In this document: piece after piece, positions 26,556 to 46,131 of the stretch | Layout of the letters: each line of letters begins with the position of its first letter | Position numbering within the stretch: the stretch's first letter is position 1 | Assembly: GCF_964355755.1 (NCBI RefSeq) | Contig: NC_092677.1 | Coordinates: 27,639,175-27,703,174, forward strand | DNA: 64,000 nucleotides | DNA from: Antedon mediterranea | Taxonomy: Eukaryota; Animalia; Echinodermata | Reading direction: 5' to 3' | Notes under the pieces: model-generated | What the model saw: only the letters and a program-made list of their open reading frames with translations | Told to the model about the DNA's origin: nothing | Databases searched by the model: none | Translations under genes and position numbers: made by a program

Positions 26556-27392
26556 TCATTCAACTGTTCTAACTGGTGATCCAGGCGAGAACGTTTTTTT
26601 ATACCAGAACTGGTATGTTAATAACCATATGACAATAGCAATCACGGCAGCTATGATCTTTTCCAAAAAGGTATGAAAATAAACAGCAGTACACAACAAC
26701 ATCCAAACCCACAAACAACACAATAGTAACAACAGAATAGCAAATATATAAATTAGTGGTGGTAGTATTTTTGACAACCATTTCTTGTTGCGATCTGTAG
26801 AATATTTATATTTACAAATTGCATTCATTGATCGCAGTTCTTCTAATATTGTCAGCATACTGTGCATTAGTATAAAAGTATGCCCTGAGATGTCGAAGCC
26901 TTTCCAGTTGGATTCAGCGTGTACACAGGATTTCTTTGTAGCAAAACCTTCTGCATCACAAGCTCCGGTCGCCTGTTCAATAGCTAAAAATAGATTCACA
27001 GTAATATACCAAAAGAATGTTGCAATCGCTAAGCGCAAACCATCTTTAAGTACTAAATACCATTGTTTATCACATGTAAGAAGACCAGATAAAACCATGT
27101 AGGGGGTCAAAAAGCATAAAGTCCAACCCCATCCCCACTTGACAAATACTTGATTGAAGAGGTTTTGAGGGTTCGAGAAGATAGAGTCTGGTGCTACATT
27201 TAGTTCGTAAACTATAGAACCTATAAACACAATGAAGAAAAGAAAGAATACAGTCTTTTCTGGGCGAAGCATTCCCAATGTCATGTCATCAAATGAGCAA
27301 GTTGTTTCGTCGTTGTTTGGCGGTGAAACTTCATCATTCGCTCGTCGTGTCTTCATTTTTGGTTTCCGATGTCTTGTCATCCTAGAAGGCAT
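26556..27392 (-). CDS. FITM2: Fat storage-inducing transmembrane protein (FIT family, acyl-CoA diphosphatase), single coding exon
   Basis: FSNPQNLFNQVFVKWGWGWT, GFDISGHTFILMHSMLTILEE and TAVYFHTFLEK motifs with both catalytic His residues; multiple TM segments; first ATG at 27392. Confidence 0.92.
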   Translation of the reverse strand: MPSRMTRHRKPKMKTRRANDEVSPPNNDETTCSFDDMTLGMLRPEKTVFFLFFIVFIGSIVYELNVAPDSIFSNPQNLFNQVFVKWGWGWTLCFLTPYMVLSGLLTCDKQWYLVLKDGLRLAIATFFWYITVNLFLAIEQATGACDAEGFATKKSCVHAESNWKGFDISGHTFILMHSMLTILEELRSMNAICKYKYSTDRNKKWLSKILPPLIYIFAILLLLLCCLWVWMLLCTAVYFHTFLEKIIAAVIAIVIWLLTYQFWYKKTFSPGSPVRTVE

Positions 27393-27784
27393 TATAATAT
27401 ATCCTGTCAATTTTAGTAAATATAAGTCACAATTTAACGGTAGAAAACAAGAAATATCACGTTGTATTCTTGATACGTGTTGTTGTGTTGATTCCTATGG
27501 AAAGGTCATGTGAGGGATATTATTCATACCATTTTGGTAGGTTGAAATATGCCCGGCTAATGCCCACAACTTTCTAATATACAAGCATTTTTTATTGAAT
27601 TAAATAATTATTATTTTATGTTTATCACATGGAACCAAATTAAACTCAAATAAGATAATTTTAAGTCTATATAAACAATTCAATAATGTTTAAAATTAAT
27701 TTATACAGAGCTATATTGTTATAATTTTCTTATGTTTGGAATGAACTAATATTTAGGTTTATGACGTGCAACAAATGTTAAATT

Positions 27785-27945
27785 ATTTGATTTGATTTGA
27801 TTTGATTTATTTCGGCATCAGTACATAAAATATCACAGACATACAATTAAAATTGGCAAATATAAAAATACCAATATAAAACAAGGATGCCAAGGATAAC
27901 TCATAAAAGTCCTCTACGGACTTGTTTCCAATGAGGTCCTTTGAA
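27785..27945 (-). mobile_element. 3' end of a CR1/L2-type LINE
   Basis: Minus-strand AATAAA followed by (TCAAA)n tail, preceded by the stem-loop-like AAGTCC..AGAGGACTT. Confidence 0.5.
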
Positions 27946-28825
27946 AGAACAGCAAAAAAGACAAACAAAGCAACATAAAAAAATTACAAAAAACAGCAAA
28001 AAGGACAATCGAAAAAAGAAGAAGCGCTAATTAAATAGTTTCTAGAGCTAGTGAACGTTCCTGTTAGATTTGATGATGATTAAATTAGATTTAGATGATG
28101 CAAAGAATATCCATGTGCATTTTAAAAACACTTTTTTATGCGGGTATGCTGGTAGCCTTATCTTTAAAAAACAATTTAATTAAGTTGGTAGGACTGACCC
28201 AATTACGGTATTTTTACAACAGACTAACTATTTGTTTATCATAATTAATTTTTTATGGTAATTGAATAAAACTTTAAATCACACCACAAAAAACGTAATT
28301 TATCAAAGTATAAATGTGAAAGAATAGTATACACTTGTTTGTAATAATACCGCAAGTTCAGACTTAACTGGTACTTTACGGAAAAGTATAGAGGGCGGCA
28401 ATCAGGAAAAAGTAATACTCTTTCGTGAAAGGCTGAACACACCGGAACTACCAATTTGGTACATTTTATAAATCCGAAATCATGATTCACGGTCACGACG
28501 AATTATGAGCAGACGACGTATGAAAACTGTTTGTAAAACGCATCATATTTTAAATATAAATAAAATTGTAATGCTAATATGTTTAACTTAAAAATTAATA
28601 TTAAAATAATTAACATTTATTAAATTTCAAAAACTTTTTAAAAATATAATAATTAAGGAAATATAATATCATCTATCACGATTCATTGTGTGGTGGTGGG
28701 AAACTAAAGGTCATGTGTTTACATTTCTCATGACGTCATCATCCGAAGTAATTTTCGGAAGTTAAAACAATCCAGTATATTTTGCATTAGTAAGGCGTAA
28801 AATCTATGCCTAGCTATAAAACAAG

Positions 28826-34829
<6,004 letters not shown>

Positions 34830-34909
34830 TGAAGAACTGGTAAGGTATAATCACCATCCTAAATTAGAATGTTGTTTTACAATCCATGTTTGTCCAGTTG
34901 TTTTAGTTA

Positions 34910-35035
34910 AGCTCTGTCTACACTATCAAACTTTATGTGACAAAAAAATGTGATGTGCCCATACAAATAAACATGATGATGTCATATCACTACCGTATTT
35001 GGGCATGTCACACCTTTTTTTCTAACAAGTTTGGA
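34910..35035. mobile_element. MITE family A, right end degraded, just 3' of the VPS4 stop
   Basis: AGCTCTGTCTACACTATCAAAC...GTGATGTGCCCAT. Confidence 0.7.
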
Positions 35036-36051
35036 CAGTTTTTTGTTTGTGAAGAAATGGACAGTATCACTGCATATTGATCCTATTGCAAGGGTAGATC
35101 CAGTGCATTGCATTGTGATCATCTTATGTTCCTTGAGAAAACAATGATCTCTGAAAAAATGTTCCCAACCTCAATGCGGAGTGTTTCTCTTTTTGTGTTT
35201 GTCTATGAATGTGAAAAAGGTACGGATCATGACATACTTAGATAAAAGAAGTATATTTGATGTTTATAGTAAAAAAATATGAAAGTAATTAATAAATCTG
35301 GTAAGTTGCCCTTCATACATGCATGTTATATGGAGGTCTTAATCTGCGTCTGCCATTTTCTAGTAGTGTTACTTATTTTGTGCATGTGTGTATTTACAAT
35401 AATGTCCAATCAGAATGAATCTGAAACAAGATGCCACTGGCATGTCTCAGTTTCCCCGAAACCTGACGCTTTCGCTGCAACCATATCTCATCTTTTTCTG
35501 CTTGCCAACTGGAATAATCAACACTGTGGCTTTGATTTAATTTCAGTAGTTTGTAAACGTTGTAAGAGTCAAAAGTGAAGACTGATGATTGGTCAGAAGG
35601 TCGGTACTAAATACCAACACTCCTGTGAATTTATTAGAGAGTCTATATGTCTCAAACATGTTATAGATATGTACAGTATATTATGTATCTATTTGTACTT
35701 GTGTTTTAACACATAGTTTATACGCAGGAGGGAGGGAGTTTACATATTATAAATTCAATTGAATTTATAATGAATTCATAAGTTCAATAATAGGCTTATA
35801 TCCAAAGCCTATTATTTTTTAAAGAAAAAAAAGTTCCACTATCGCATTGCAATGATGTTTAAGTGGTTTATAGATAATTAGATTAAGTAATTGAAACGAT
35901 CTATTTAAGATTAAGAATCGTAAAGACATATGCATGACCAGTGATGTTGACAATCATCTCTTGCAGATTACAGACTACATCTTCATACCCTACTGGTAAA
36001 ATGCGTAGTTGCTCACACACTGTTGTTACCAAATACTTTACTTGAAAATAT

Positions 36052-36812
36052 AGCTTAGTCTACACTTAGCAAGCTTTACCTAATTTTTGTTTGCAAACTC
36101 CTAGTTTTGCTCGAGTTTTCAAACAAAAATTGTTTAGTGTAGATTTCTACAAACTCATTTTCTGATTTTTGTCAACTGTTCTACACTATAGCAGAGGTTA
36201 TAGAAAAACTTGACAAACTCCGTTTTTGCTGAAATTTGTGGGTTTATTACATGACCCTTATGTGTTTTGATGTTCTTAAGCTCTGTTTACACTATCAAAT
36301 ATAACGTGACAAAAAAAATGTGCCCATATATGGACATTGATGATGTCATATCGCCACCATTTTTGGCCGCTTTTTTGTAAAACTAGTGTGGACAGAGCTT
36401 TAATTCATGTCATTCAACATGTTGAATATATATTTTTAGAACATTGCAAATATGCCAAGCGTACCTTATTATTATATTTAATAAACAATTTTATGAATCA
36501 AACATGCATTTGTGCCCGATATTGGAAGTTTAAAAAAAACGTAAAAATTAGAAAAGAAAAACTTTTTTACTCAAGTGTAAATGAGATTGTAAATATTATA
36601 TGTCAAAATGTTCCTCTCTTGGCTGCGGCATGTTGTATACTGCACAATTTCATTAAATTGGATAAAAAAAAAAAATTTAGAATAGATTTCCACAAAACAA
36701 ATTATGCTCGGTATACCAGAGCTGAGTTCAGGGAGTTTGTGGGAGCGGGGTTAGTAGTTTTAAAGTATTCAAGTTCTGAAACTTTTTTTTGTGTAGAAAA
36801 TGGCGCGCTTAA
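36052..36812 (+). pseudogene. Decayed PIF/Harbinger transposon remnant with nested family A MITE (36279-36399)
   Basis: Translated NVPLLAAACCILHNFI resembles the C-terminal ACxxLHN motif of Harbinger/HARBI1 DDE transposases; GTCTACAC / GTGTAGA terminus-like motifs. Confidence 0.5.
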
Positions 36813-38330
36813 TTGACCTCAACCCTTTTGCAATATGTCAAAAAATAATGCTTATTATCAGGAAATTGAACTATTAAAATGTGCATATTTGACCTATGAC
36901 CGAACGTATGGACTGATATATAACTCTATTGGCAGTGTGTACTTTTCCTACCATCCTTAAAATTGTATAGTGTAAAACTTGCCCTCGTGGATTGGCATCG
37001 TTATAATAATAATTGCGCGTGGTGACTAGAACGCGTAAAGCAAATGGCGCACGCAATTTGACCAATCAACGTTGCGTGTACAGCTGTGCGTCCTCCCAGT
37101 GGGAACTACCTTTTAAAAGAAATAAACTTCTTGAAACATTATGTTTATTTATATGTAGATAATACAGTTATTTAGTTTTCATAATTATGTTGCGTTCCGA
37201 CGTTCTGGTACGCCCAATTCTTGTAAACCGTTATTGTTCGCAAGATAGTTGAAATAAAGTTGTCTGTACCGCCGGTGCAATTGAAGGCAACATTAGTTAA
37301 ATAAACATTATTGATTGAGTTAAAAAAAAAAATATATATATTGTGTGAAGATTATGTAATAACCTAATGGTGACGAACGTACTGTACTAAGCCTATAGGT
37401 TTAATAACGTTTATTGTTATCGTCAGCCACGTGACACTGACGCATAATGTGACGTCATCACGTACGGAATCCTGACATGCTCTATGATGAGCGCTTAAAA
37501 ATAATCGGATTCCGGCATAGACGACGGGAGTAGCATGGAGTAAATATTTTCTCCATGGTTCAGAAGGACATATTGTACCATTTATTAAATAAGAGGCATG
37601 CCACATTTTCTAAAGCACCTCTGTAATTTATTGAAATAAAGGGTATACAATGTAATATTTACAGTGATGTTATTGCATGTTGTATGTAAGTCGTGATGAC
37701 CTATTACACAGTGGCTCCAGAAAGTAACTTTCTACCTTTTTACAAAGCGGAAACGTGGCTCTACGAATAGGAAATATCGGAGACTAATGTTGGTCACATT
37801 TTCCAATTAGTATGGTGGTACGTGAACGTGGGTTTCTGTGGTTAACTCAACTGTTACCGTCAGATGAAAGTAAACCGTGGCAAGCCTGTAAAAATCGGAG
37901 TACAAGCCTATAAGCAACTGAAGACAAGATATGTTTAGGCCTACTTAGTAGATGAAAATAATTTGCTATAAGTTAGGCCAATTTACTATCACGTTTGCTG
38001 TTGGGCTCCAGTAGAAAAAAGGGGTTCTATCGAACCCTACGAACCCCCTGGCTACGGGCTTGCGTGGTGATCATATCAAATGTAGCCGGTTATTCCTTGT
38101 TTGTGTATGCAACATTGTGAAGATGATAAAGAGAACATTCAAGCGCGCATAGAGAGTTCTTTGCTGCTTCAAGTAAATACATTTCAGTATCATTTACATA
38201 CGTTACATATATACACTTTTATTCTTTTAATTACAAAATGTTGTTATGACATAATAAATAAAGTTAAAATATAATGTTAAGATTTTACAATTCGCAGCAA
38301 GATTGTTAGTGTTTAGTACATTTTTACATT

Positions 38331-40105
38331 TTAGAAGCATTTTCTATGAACGACTTCCGGACCCGTTTCGTCGTATTCCGCTTTTGTGATCCACATCGAA
38401 TCGAATGACGACAGCGACGACAAGATCGATCCGCCGATCCAGACCGAGAACTTTCGCTCGGGTGGCGCAACGACTTTAACTTTCATTGTACTGGGCGCCA
38501 ACTTTTGTAATTCTTTCTCCATACGTTCTGGCATTCCTTCAAACATAGAGCTTCCTCCTGATTGGCAGACGTTCGCGTAAAGATCTTTTCGGATATCGAT
38601 GTCACACTTCATAATTGAGTTGTAAGATGTCTGGTGTAAGCCGACCGCTTCCAGACCTAAAGAGTAATGTCAAATCACAAGTAACTTATTTTTATTTTAA
38701 AAATAATGTGCTTAACTTGAAAAAAAATTGTATTTAAACGGTCAAGGCCTACTTACAAAGTCATGAGGTGTACTTACCGAGCATCGGCGGATCAAAAAAT
38801 ACTTCTGGACATCTGAATCGTTCGTTACCAACCGTTATCACCTGTCCATCAGGTAGTTCGTACGTTTTCTCAATTTTGCTGACTTTACCGTTCATTTCCG
38901 TGTCGAAATTTTTTGCGACGTAACACAATTTTTCTTTTATATCCTTTACGATTTCTCTTTCGGCTAAAAGTAAGAAAATAACAAATTCACGGATAAAGAA
39001 GTGATAGCGCCCCTTACGCCCATAGGAATAGACAACTTGTTTATTTGTAAAAGTTGGTGAAAATCCTGTTACCTGTTGTTGTAAATGAATATCCTCTTTC
39101 TGTCAAGATTTTCATCATATACTCCGTGAGATCTCTGCCTGCAAGATCTAGCCTCAAGATAGCATGAGGAAGAGCGTATCCCTCATAAATGGGTACGGTG
39201 TGGGAGACACCGTCACCGGAGTCGAGAACGATTCCGGTCGTTCTTCCTGACGCATATAAAGCTAACACGGCCTGGATACCTACGTACATGTTTGGTGTGT
39301 TAAATGTCTCAAACATTATCTATGTTACGTGAAATCAAGAAAAGTATATATGATGTTTAATTCATTACATGTAATATGATGAAAAGAAAAATGGTTTAGC
39401 TTTTAAATGTAAGCTATTTATGTATATTTTATTTCAATACCGGTACCGTCACAAATATTATTACAAACTTTTCAATACCTGCGTCATTTTTTCACGGTTT
39501 GCTTTCGGATTGAGTGGTGCCTCAGTTAATAAGACGTTATGCTCTTCAGGCGCAACTCTGAGTTCGTTGTTGAACACGTGCTTCCATACACGCTCCATAT
39601 CATCCCAGTTTGTAACGATTCCATGTTCAATTGGATACTGTTGAGCAAATAAAAACCAAAATATGCAAACATGTGAAAACAGTTATGGGATTAAGAACAA
39701 GGCCAATAGCCATAAGTCGCGTGCTAAAACGCATAGTGATACCGGACCGACAGACAGACCGACCGACCGACATAGTGAACTATAGAGTCGCGTCCATGCG
39801 ACTAAAAAGCATGGCAATCTTTTAAAGATTCTAAATTCTATCTAGGCCTAGCCTAGGCCTGGCTTAATTAATATTTATTACTACAAGATGTGTTGTACCT
39901 TCATTGTAAGCATGCCTCTTTTGCTTTGCGCTTCATCACCTACGTATGCATCCTTGGTACCAACACCGACCATAACACTGCGATGTCGTGGTCGACCTAC
40001 GATTGCTGGGAAGATTGCTCTTGGACTGTCATCTCCAGCAAACCCTGCCTTGATCATTCCACTTCCATTATCAATAACGATCGCTGCTGAATCACTATCA
40101 CACAT
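38331..40105 (-). CDS. Divergent actin (374 aa)
   Basis: Exons 40105-39899, 39637-39479, 39319-39073, 38963-38778, 38656-38331; [31 protein letters not shown] and HRKCF retained, with many non-conservative changes. Confidence 0.93.
39696..39808 (-). mobile_element. DINE-1/HINE-like (Helentron-associated) short element
   Basis: TAGTCGC.TGGACGCGACT hairpin, (GAC[AC])n microsatellite, T-rich flanks; near-identical inverted copy at 45893-46004. Confidence 0.65.
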
Positions 40106-41233
40106 TTTTGATTTTGAATTTTATCCCAATTTTTTTTATTGAATACTTAAGCCCATTTTAAGCCTACCTAAATGTGAAAGACGTTGTGCCCAAGAAGATT
40201 GAGTTTAGAACTTTTCACAACAAACTTTGGAATACACGCGCGATTGTTGCTAGGACGTTTGCGTGCAGAGCGGGCGCGCAAAAATTACGCGTACCTCAGT
40301 ATTCTAATCATCTAACAAATTATTTCACGTGATTTTCAAATTGTTTATTGCCATAACAACAGAACTATTCCTCTCATTAATTTATTTTACTTGCAAAACT
40401 ACCGTCGTATTGTTCATCAATGATACCTAATATCGAGAAGTTATATATAGCGCGCGTGTGCATATTTGTCACAATTAAATGATTTATTCTTTCTCTTTTG
40501 TGGAGAAAGCCAAATTTATTTCGAATTTCAATGTCTTTAGGCTTACCAATCAAAATGTATTGTTGTCTTATCAATAATATGATTTTGTACTGTAATATCT
40601 ATTACATTCTTTAAAATAAAAAGATAGGCCTAGATACATTGTTATTTTATAGTTTATTTGGAAAATGGGGTAATTTTGTGAAATGTCTTTGATACTAACA
40701 GTAATTCTTAATATTGTAACCACACCCTCTTTCGGAAACATACGACTCCTATAAAACAACATTACTAGCCAGTCTGGCAATTTTGTAATGTCTATACATG
40801 GATATCATTATCTTGAAGATAAATTTACGTTTCTAAAAACGCACCGTGCTAATAAATACATGTATTGTCGGTCCTGTTTAAAATTGAATGTAAGAGAAGA
40901 CATCATCTTTAAAACAGGTTTGTTCTCTGTTTCCTTGGTCGGCTCACTCCTCTTCCGCAACCGGAAACTGTCTTTGGGTCATTTACTTCTAAATATGGTT
41001 ATCGCTTATAGACGTGTTGAATATTCATACCTTGATAACGCGGAACATGAGTGACGTAACAGTTTTACAAGGTTTCGGTAGATGTTACAACGTTGTCAGG
41101 GCAAAGGTCATGGTTCGCTTCAATCGTTTCCATTCGACCGAACGAACAATCGTTATTGGTTTTACAAAAGCAACAGTTCAGTTCTGTGGACGTAGTAGAA
41201 ATTCGCCGGTATTCGCTGAAATTACATTCAAAC

Positions 41234-44200
41234 ATGAGTACTTTAAATAAAGAAGAGGTTTGTACCGCATACGAAGATGTTAGAGCGGATGATACAGAAA
41301 CAACATGGTGAGTAACGCTCTTTTAACGTTTTAAATTCCGGGTTTTAATTCACTATCTGTAGATAGAATTAGATACTAGATACCGTTGGATTGGTGTGTA
41401 CTTAAGTTGACATATTGCACCTGCTTTCGTTATTTTAGTACCTGTACCGGTAGTAAGCAACCCCACCTCAAATACAATAAATAAAACTGTACTGTCATTT
41501 AATGTAATGTATTCGACTTAAACTGACAAAATTATTCAATTTAATGATGATAATTTTGAAGATTGTGTTGTTTTATAATGTACCGCCGGTTGTTACGCCC
41601 TGTAATTAAACTGACGGATGTACTATTGAACCCGGTACAACTGGCTTGTAAATACTATCTTATCACTATATAATTAAACTATTTATATAATATATACATT
41701 GTTTACATTAAAAAACGTACGAACATACAGTACTTATAGTTTCTTTTTATTCCAGGCTTATATGTAGATATAATGAAAAGGAAATTGGTGTGTCCGGAAC
41801 TGGTACTGACATTGAAGAGTGTTTCAACCAATTAACAGGTATGTTGCATGTTTCCAACCATTTACCATTACAGTATTATGTTATAATAATATTGAAATAA
41901 TATAGTTTTCAAATTGACTAGATTTCATCCTTACTGATTCGAAATTACACCCTCTGTATAAATATGATCTTATTAATTAAATTGATAACATATCACCATG
42001 GAGTAATTTACTCCATCCATGCTATCACAAGTTCCTAGAATTCAACACATTTACAGACATAAAGTAATCATTCGGCCTATTGTCCAGTGCTCTTTTTTAT
42101 CTTTTACAATTGAAATGTGTGAATGTTGTTTACTTATTTCTTTAAGTATATAAATTCAAAGTCCTTCAATCAGCCTCTTGCAATTGCTAACCCCCTCGCA
42201 ACCAGGGTTACGTACCCTCTGAATAGGTAGCAATTATCTCCTCGTTGTCATGTCGACGATCAATCTCTCTTTCTACCCTTTTCGTCTTGTTACACCTGTA
42301 GTGAAGATTTCATATTATAATTGTTAATAAAATACATTATTATTATCGTATTACAAATTGTAAAAGTCAATATTAAGTCAAATTCGATGATATAATGTAC
42401 TATATATATAGGCCTATAAAGCATCAATTTAAATAGTAGGCCTATAGTGTGATTGTGAAATGAATGAATGATATAATGAAAGAGACCATCAACGCAGCAA
42501 ACCTTGAATCATTGTTCACACCCGTTTGTTAGGCGCAGCAGCATTGTTTAAAGGCACGGTTCATTCAATAGTTTCTAATTGTGAAACAGCCGTTTTTTGT
42601 TAGGTAATGTAGATCCCATTTTAATGGTATTTATTGTGATTGTATTGTATGAATAAGCCTCTATGCATTGATGACGTGAGTTTCCTTTTGTGAATGACGT
42701 CACCAGACGCCCGACAAACAACAAGTTCACGCGCGCGTATTAAATCTGATGAATCTTGATTATGGGCTTCATTTTAATTGTCAAACAACAGAAAGAAAAT
42801 AATTCAAATTTAACTCATGAACAACAATAGTTTGTGGTCTAAATATTACATAAAATTTAACAACCTGACTGTATAAAATCTTTTATGTGTTTTACGAGTG
42901 AGTAGTGATAAACTGTGTAGAGGATTATACAGCCTAGGCCTATACTTTGTCATCGCCTGATCGCTGTTACATGATAAAAGCGAAAGATATTGATTACCAA
43001 ATTGCCAAAATAGCTTTTACTTTTAATATAATGAGCTTTTTAATGATACATTTTAGCATAATAAATTGTGAAAGTATTTAATTAATTGACCATACTGTCG
43101 TGGCACAAAAATGGTCTACAGATTTTGGCTTTTGTTCAGATTGATCATGTTTCAGACATTTTTCCTTGAGCTGTTGAAAGAATAAAATCATAAAATATTA
43201 AGTGGTAATAGATGTTGATTGGTTAGCAACACGCCTTGTCATATTCCATATTAGGGTATGGTATGCAAGTCGTTATACGAGCTACGGTTTACTTTAGTTC
43301 CGGTATCTTTACTTCCGGGGTTTGTAGCAATAGAGGTGGTTACGGCTGACAGAAACCAACAATGTCTTGATTAATTAATGTGGTTTTTATTATTTTATTA
43401 TGTGGTGATTTGTTCTTGTTGGAAAACAACTGTACATTTCGATAATTATTGTTCAAATATGCTGTTCTAAATTCCATATTTGGTACTCAACGTGATTTAT
43501 TACATTCATAGGCCTACTGGATTAGAATCTGCTCTACTACTACTACATATAGGCCTACAGACAATAAGTTTCAGGAATATTTTCAGTGGCGCTTTAAATG
43601 TAATTCAAAGTATATCTGTGTACTCGATTAAACCAAATGTCACGTATACATGCTGTGTGTGCTGGGTATTTTTACATGGTAATCATGTTAGCCACTACTA
43701 AAATACAAGGAACTGTTCTTTCCATTATATATCCACCCAAGTCCTAATTCCTAAATTCTTATTTGAAATTCTTATTTGAAATTGAACCCAAAACCCCTAT
43801 TGGGAGAGTAATCGTAGGTCATGGCTTGTCAGGACCATACAAATAATAAAGATAATAATTATATTGCAACGCGTTCCATGTTACCAAGCAGTTGTGCGTA
43901 ATTTGACGCGCGCGTTAAAAGCAAATGCGCGTGAATAACATGATAAAACGCTACGCGCGCGTGTTTTCTATGAGACGCTAGTTGTTTTTGCATTTTAATA
44001 CTAATTTCTAATGCTAATACTATACCGTAATAGAGAGAGAGACTGTGTCTACTCTAGTTTTAAACAATTTAATAATTTTGTTTTTTCAGATGACGAGAGG
44101 GCATTTATATATATTAGACTAGAAACTGGAGACGAGATGAGCAAGCGAGCAAAGTTTGCATTTATCACGTGGATAGGACCCGATGTTGGGGCATTGAAGA

Positions 44201-44485
44201 AGGCTAAGACCAGTACAGATAAAGCCACTGTAAAGAAAGTAGTATCGGTAAGTTGCCCCGGCAGATTCAGGCCTACCTATGATATTTGAATTGTTTAGTG
44301 CGTTATAATCTTTTAATCCAATTATAAATTAGAAGGGTATTTGTTAATAATTTGTTTTAAATTATTTGTTTTAGATTTTTGCTAAAGAGTTCCTAGTTGA
44401 TACTAAACATGATTTGAACTTAGGAAGAATTGAGGAAGAAGTAAGAAAGGCAGGAGGTGCTAATTATGGCACTGGCAGTCGATAA
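41234..44485 (+). CDS. COTL1: Coactosin-like protein (ADF-H domain)
   Basis: Exons 41234-41307, 41756-41838, 44090-44247, 44375-44485; AYEDVRAD, RLETGDEMSKRAKFAFITWIG and RKAGGANY motifs. Confidence 0.92.
43246..43483. promoter_or_regulatory. Candidate SRF/ETS enhancer in coactosin intron 2
   Basis: CArG boxes CCATATTAGG 43246-43255 and CCATATTTGG 43474-43483; ETS core ACTTCCGG 43311-43318. Confidence 0.45.
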
Positions 44486-45892
44486 AATAAACAACGTTAC
44501 GTCATCATTACGTATTTTAATCATTTTTCTTCAGTTTCTCAAACATTATTATTGATTTTTCGATTGCGTGACGCCGGGTAATACTAGTGATTACAATGGC
44601 GTCACGGACATTTTGCGCATGCGCCCCATGATTGGAATTTCAGAATTGTTATAGATGCACAAGCTATCATGACATCGATATGTTTGTGGGCATGCACCAG
44701 TGTTCGCTACGTCATAAGTGTTTTCGGCAATCGGCGGAAAGTACACCAAGTCGAATTGATTATGGCTTAGTCGTTCTATTTTCCATGAATGTGTCTCGTG
44801 TATTAACTGTGCGCGTTATGCGTTTGGTGTTTCAATGCGTATATATCTTGTACGCGTTGAATCCAGAACACAGATACGATACATGGACGCAGAAACATTC
44901 AACAACACATCATTTACAATTACATTCGAAATGTTTTTCTTTACATCTTTTTCTCGTAGTAGATAGATGATGATGATGAACACAGACAGAATTCGGACCT
45001 TTGCGAAGCCTTATGATGAGTGAAAATTAATAGTCTTTGTGTAGCTTTAAAGACGACCATTGTATTTTATTTTTTAACAGAATAGTGTCATGTAGAGATA
45101 ATGAGGCCTAAAATGTAAATTCATGTTATTGTTTGAGACCAAACAAATGACCAATACTCAATGTAATCAATGTGTTTTCAATAAAAGGTATACTTATTTT
45201 ATAAATTGAACACAAGTGATCATTTTGTATTAGGTGACAAATAGTGATAATGTTTAGTTTTGTTTTGTGTCCATTGATTTTATATAATTTTAAGCAAATT
45301 GTAGGCGCGCGTAAAATGCATGTTTTGCACGCGCACATCGCTGCAACAAACATTTTTGTTTACAGATCAATTTCAAACATCATTCAAAACTAATGGCCAA
45401 AATGTGCTCAAATTAACAATTAATTATATTAATATAAAAACTATCCGTATTTATTGTAATTATAAACGGTGCGATTTAAAATTAGCAATAAACTTTATAT
45501 ACATTTATCATTTGTGTGTTGTATGTGTTTTGTGGATATATACATTGTAAGGAGACACGGTGTGAGTTTTATTTCAGATTTAGCGTTCATGCTGTTTTGG
45601 ATAATTTGAACTTTTGCACCGCGAGTCTCTTTTCCATACGGTTATTTCAAGATGATTTTTGCATATTTCAATAGCGAGCTATTCGCAGCCTCGGTAAAAG
45701 AACTGTGAATCGACCAAATGCAATCCCGGAATTAACAGAAGGGTGTATATTGTATTTGTTTTAATTCACATTTATTCAGCAATATAACAAATTACATTAC
45801 AGGGATTTTACAGAGACAAGTAATTGTCTGTAGTCGTAAGACCCTTTAGAAAAAAAAATATTATCACAAAGGAAAAAAAACATGAAAACAGT

Positions 45893-46004
45893 TTTTAGTC
45901 GCGTGGACGCGACTCTATAGTTCACTATGTCGGTCTGTCGGTCTGTCTGTCGGTCCGGTATCACTATGCGTTTTTGCACGTGACTTATGGCTGTTGGCCT
46001 TGTT
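45893..46004 (+). mobile_element. DINE-1/HINE-like short element (second copy)
   Basis: Reverse complement of 39696-39808. Confidence 0.65.
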
Positions 46005-46131
46005 AAATGTATTGTTGATATGATAATACTGACACATCTTACAAAAATAAACAGAAAAATCTACGCAAACTGTGTATTAAGCGAGACGTTTATTGTTACG
46101 TTTTGTATAGGCCTTAAAATGATGTAACCCA

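Noticed and set aside
36337-36816. 159-aa ORF as an intact gene
   Set aside because: It starts inside a MITE and only the ACCILHN segment resembles a transposase; treated as a decayed element
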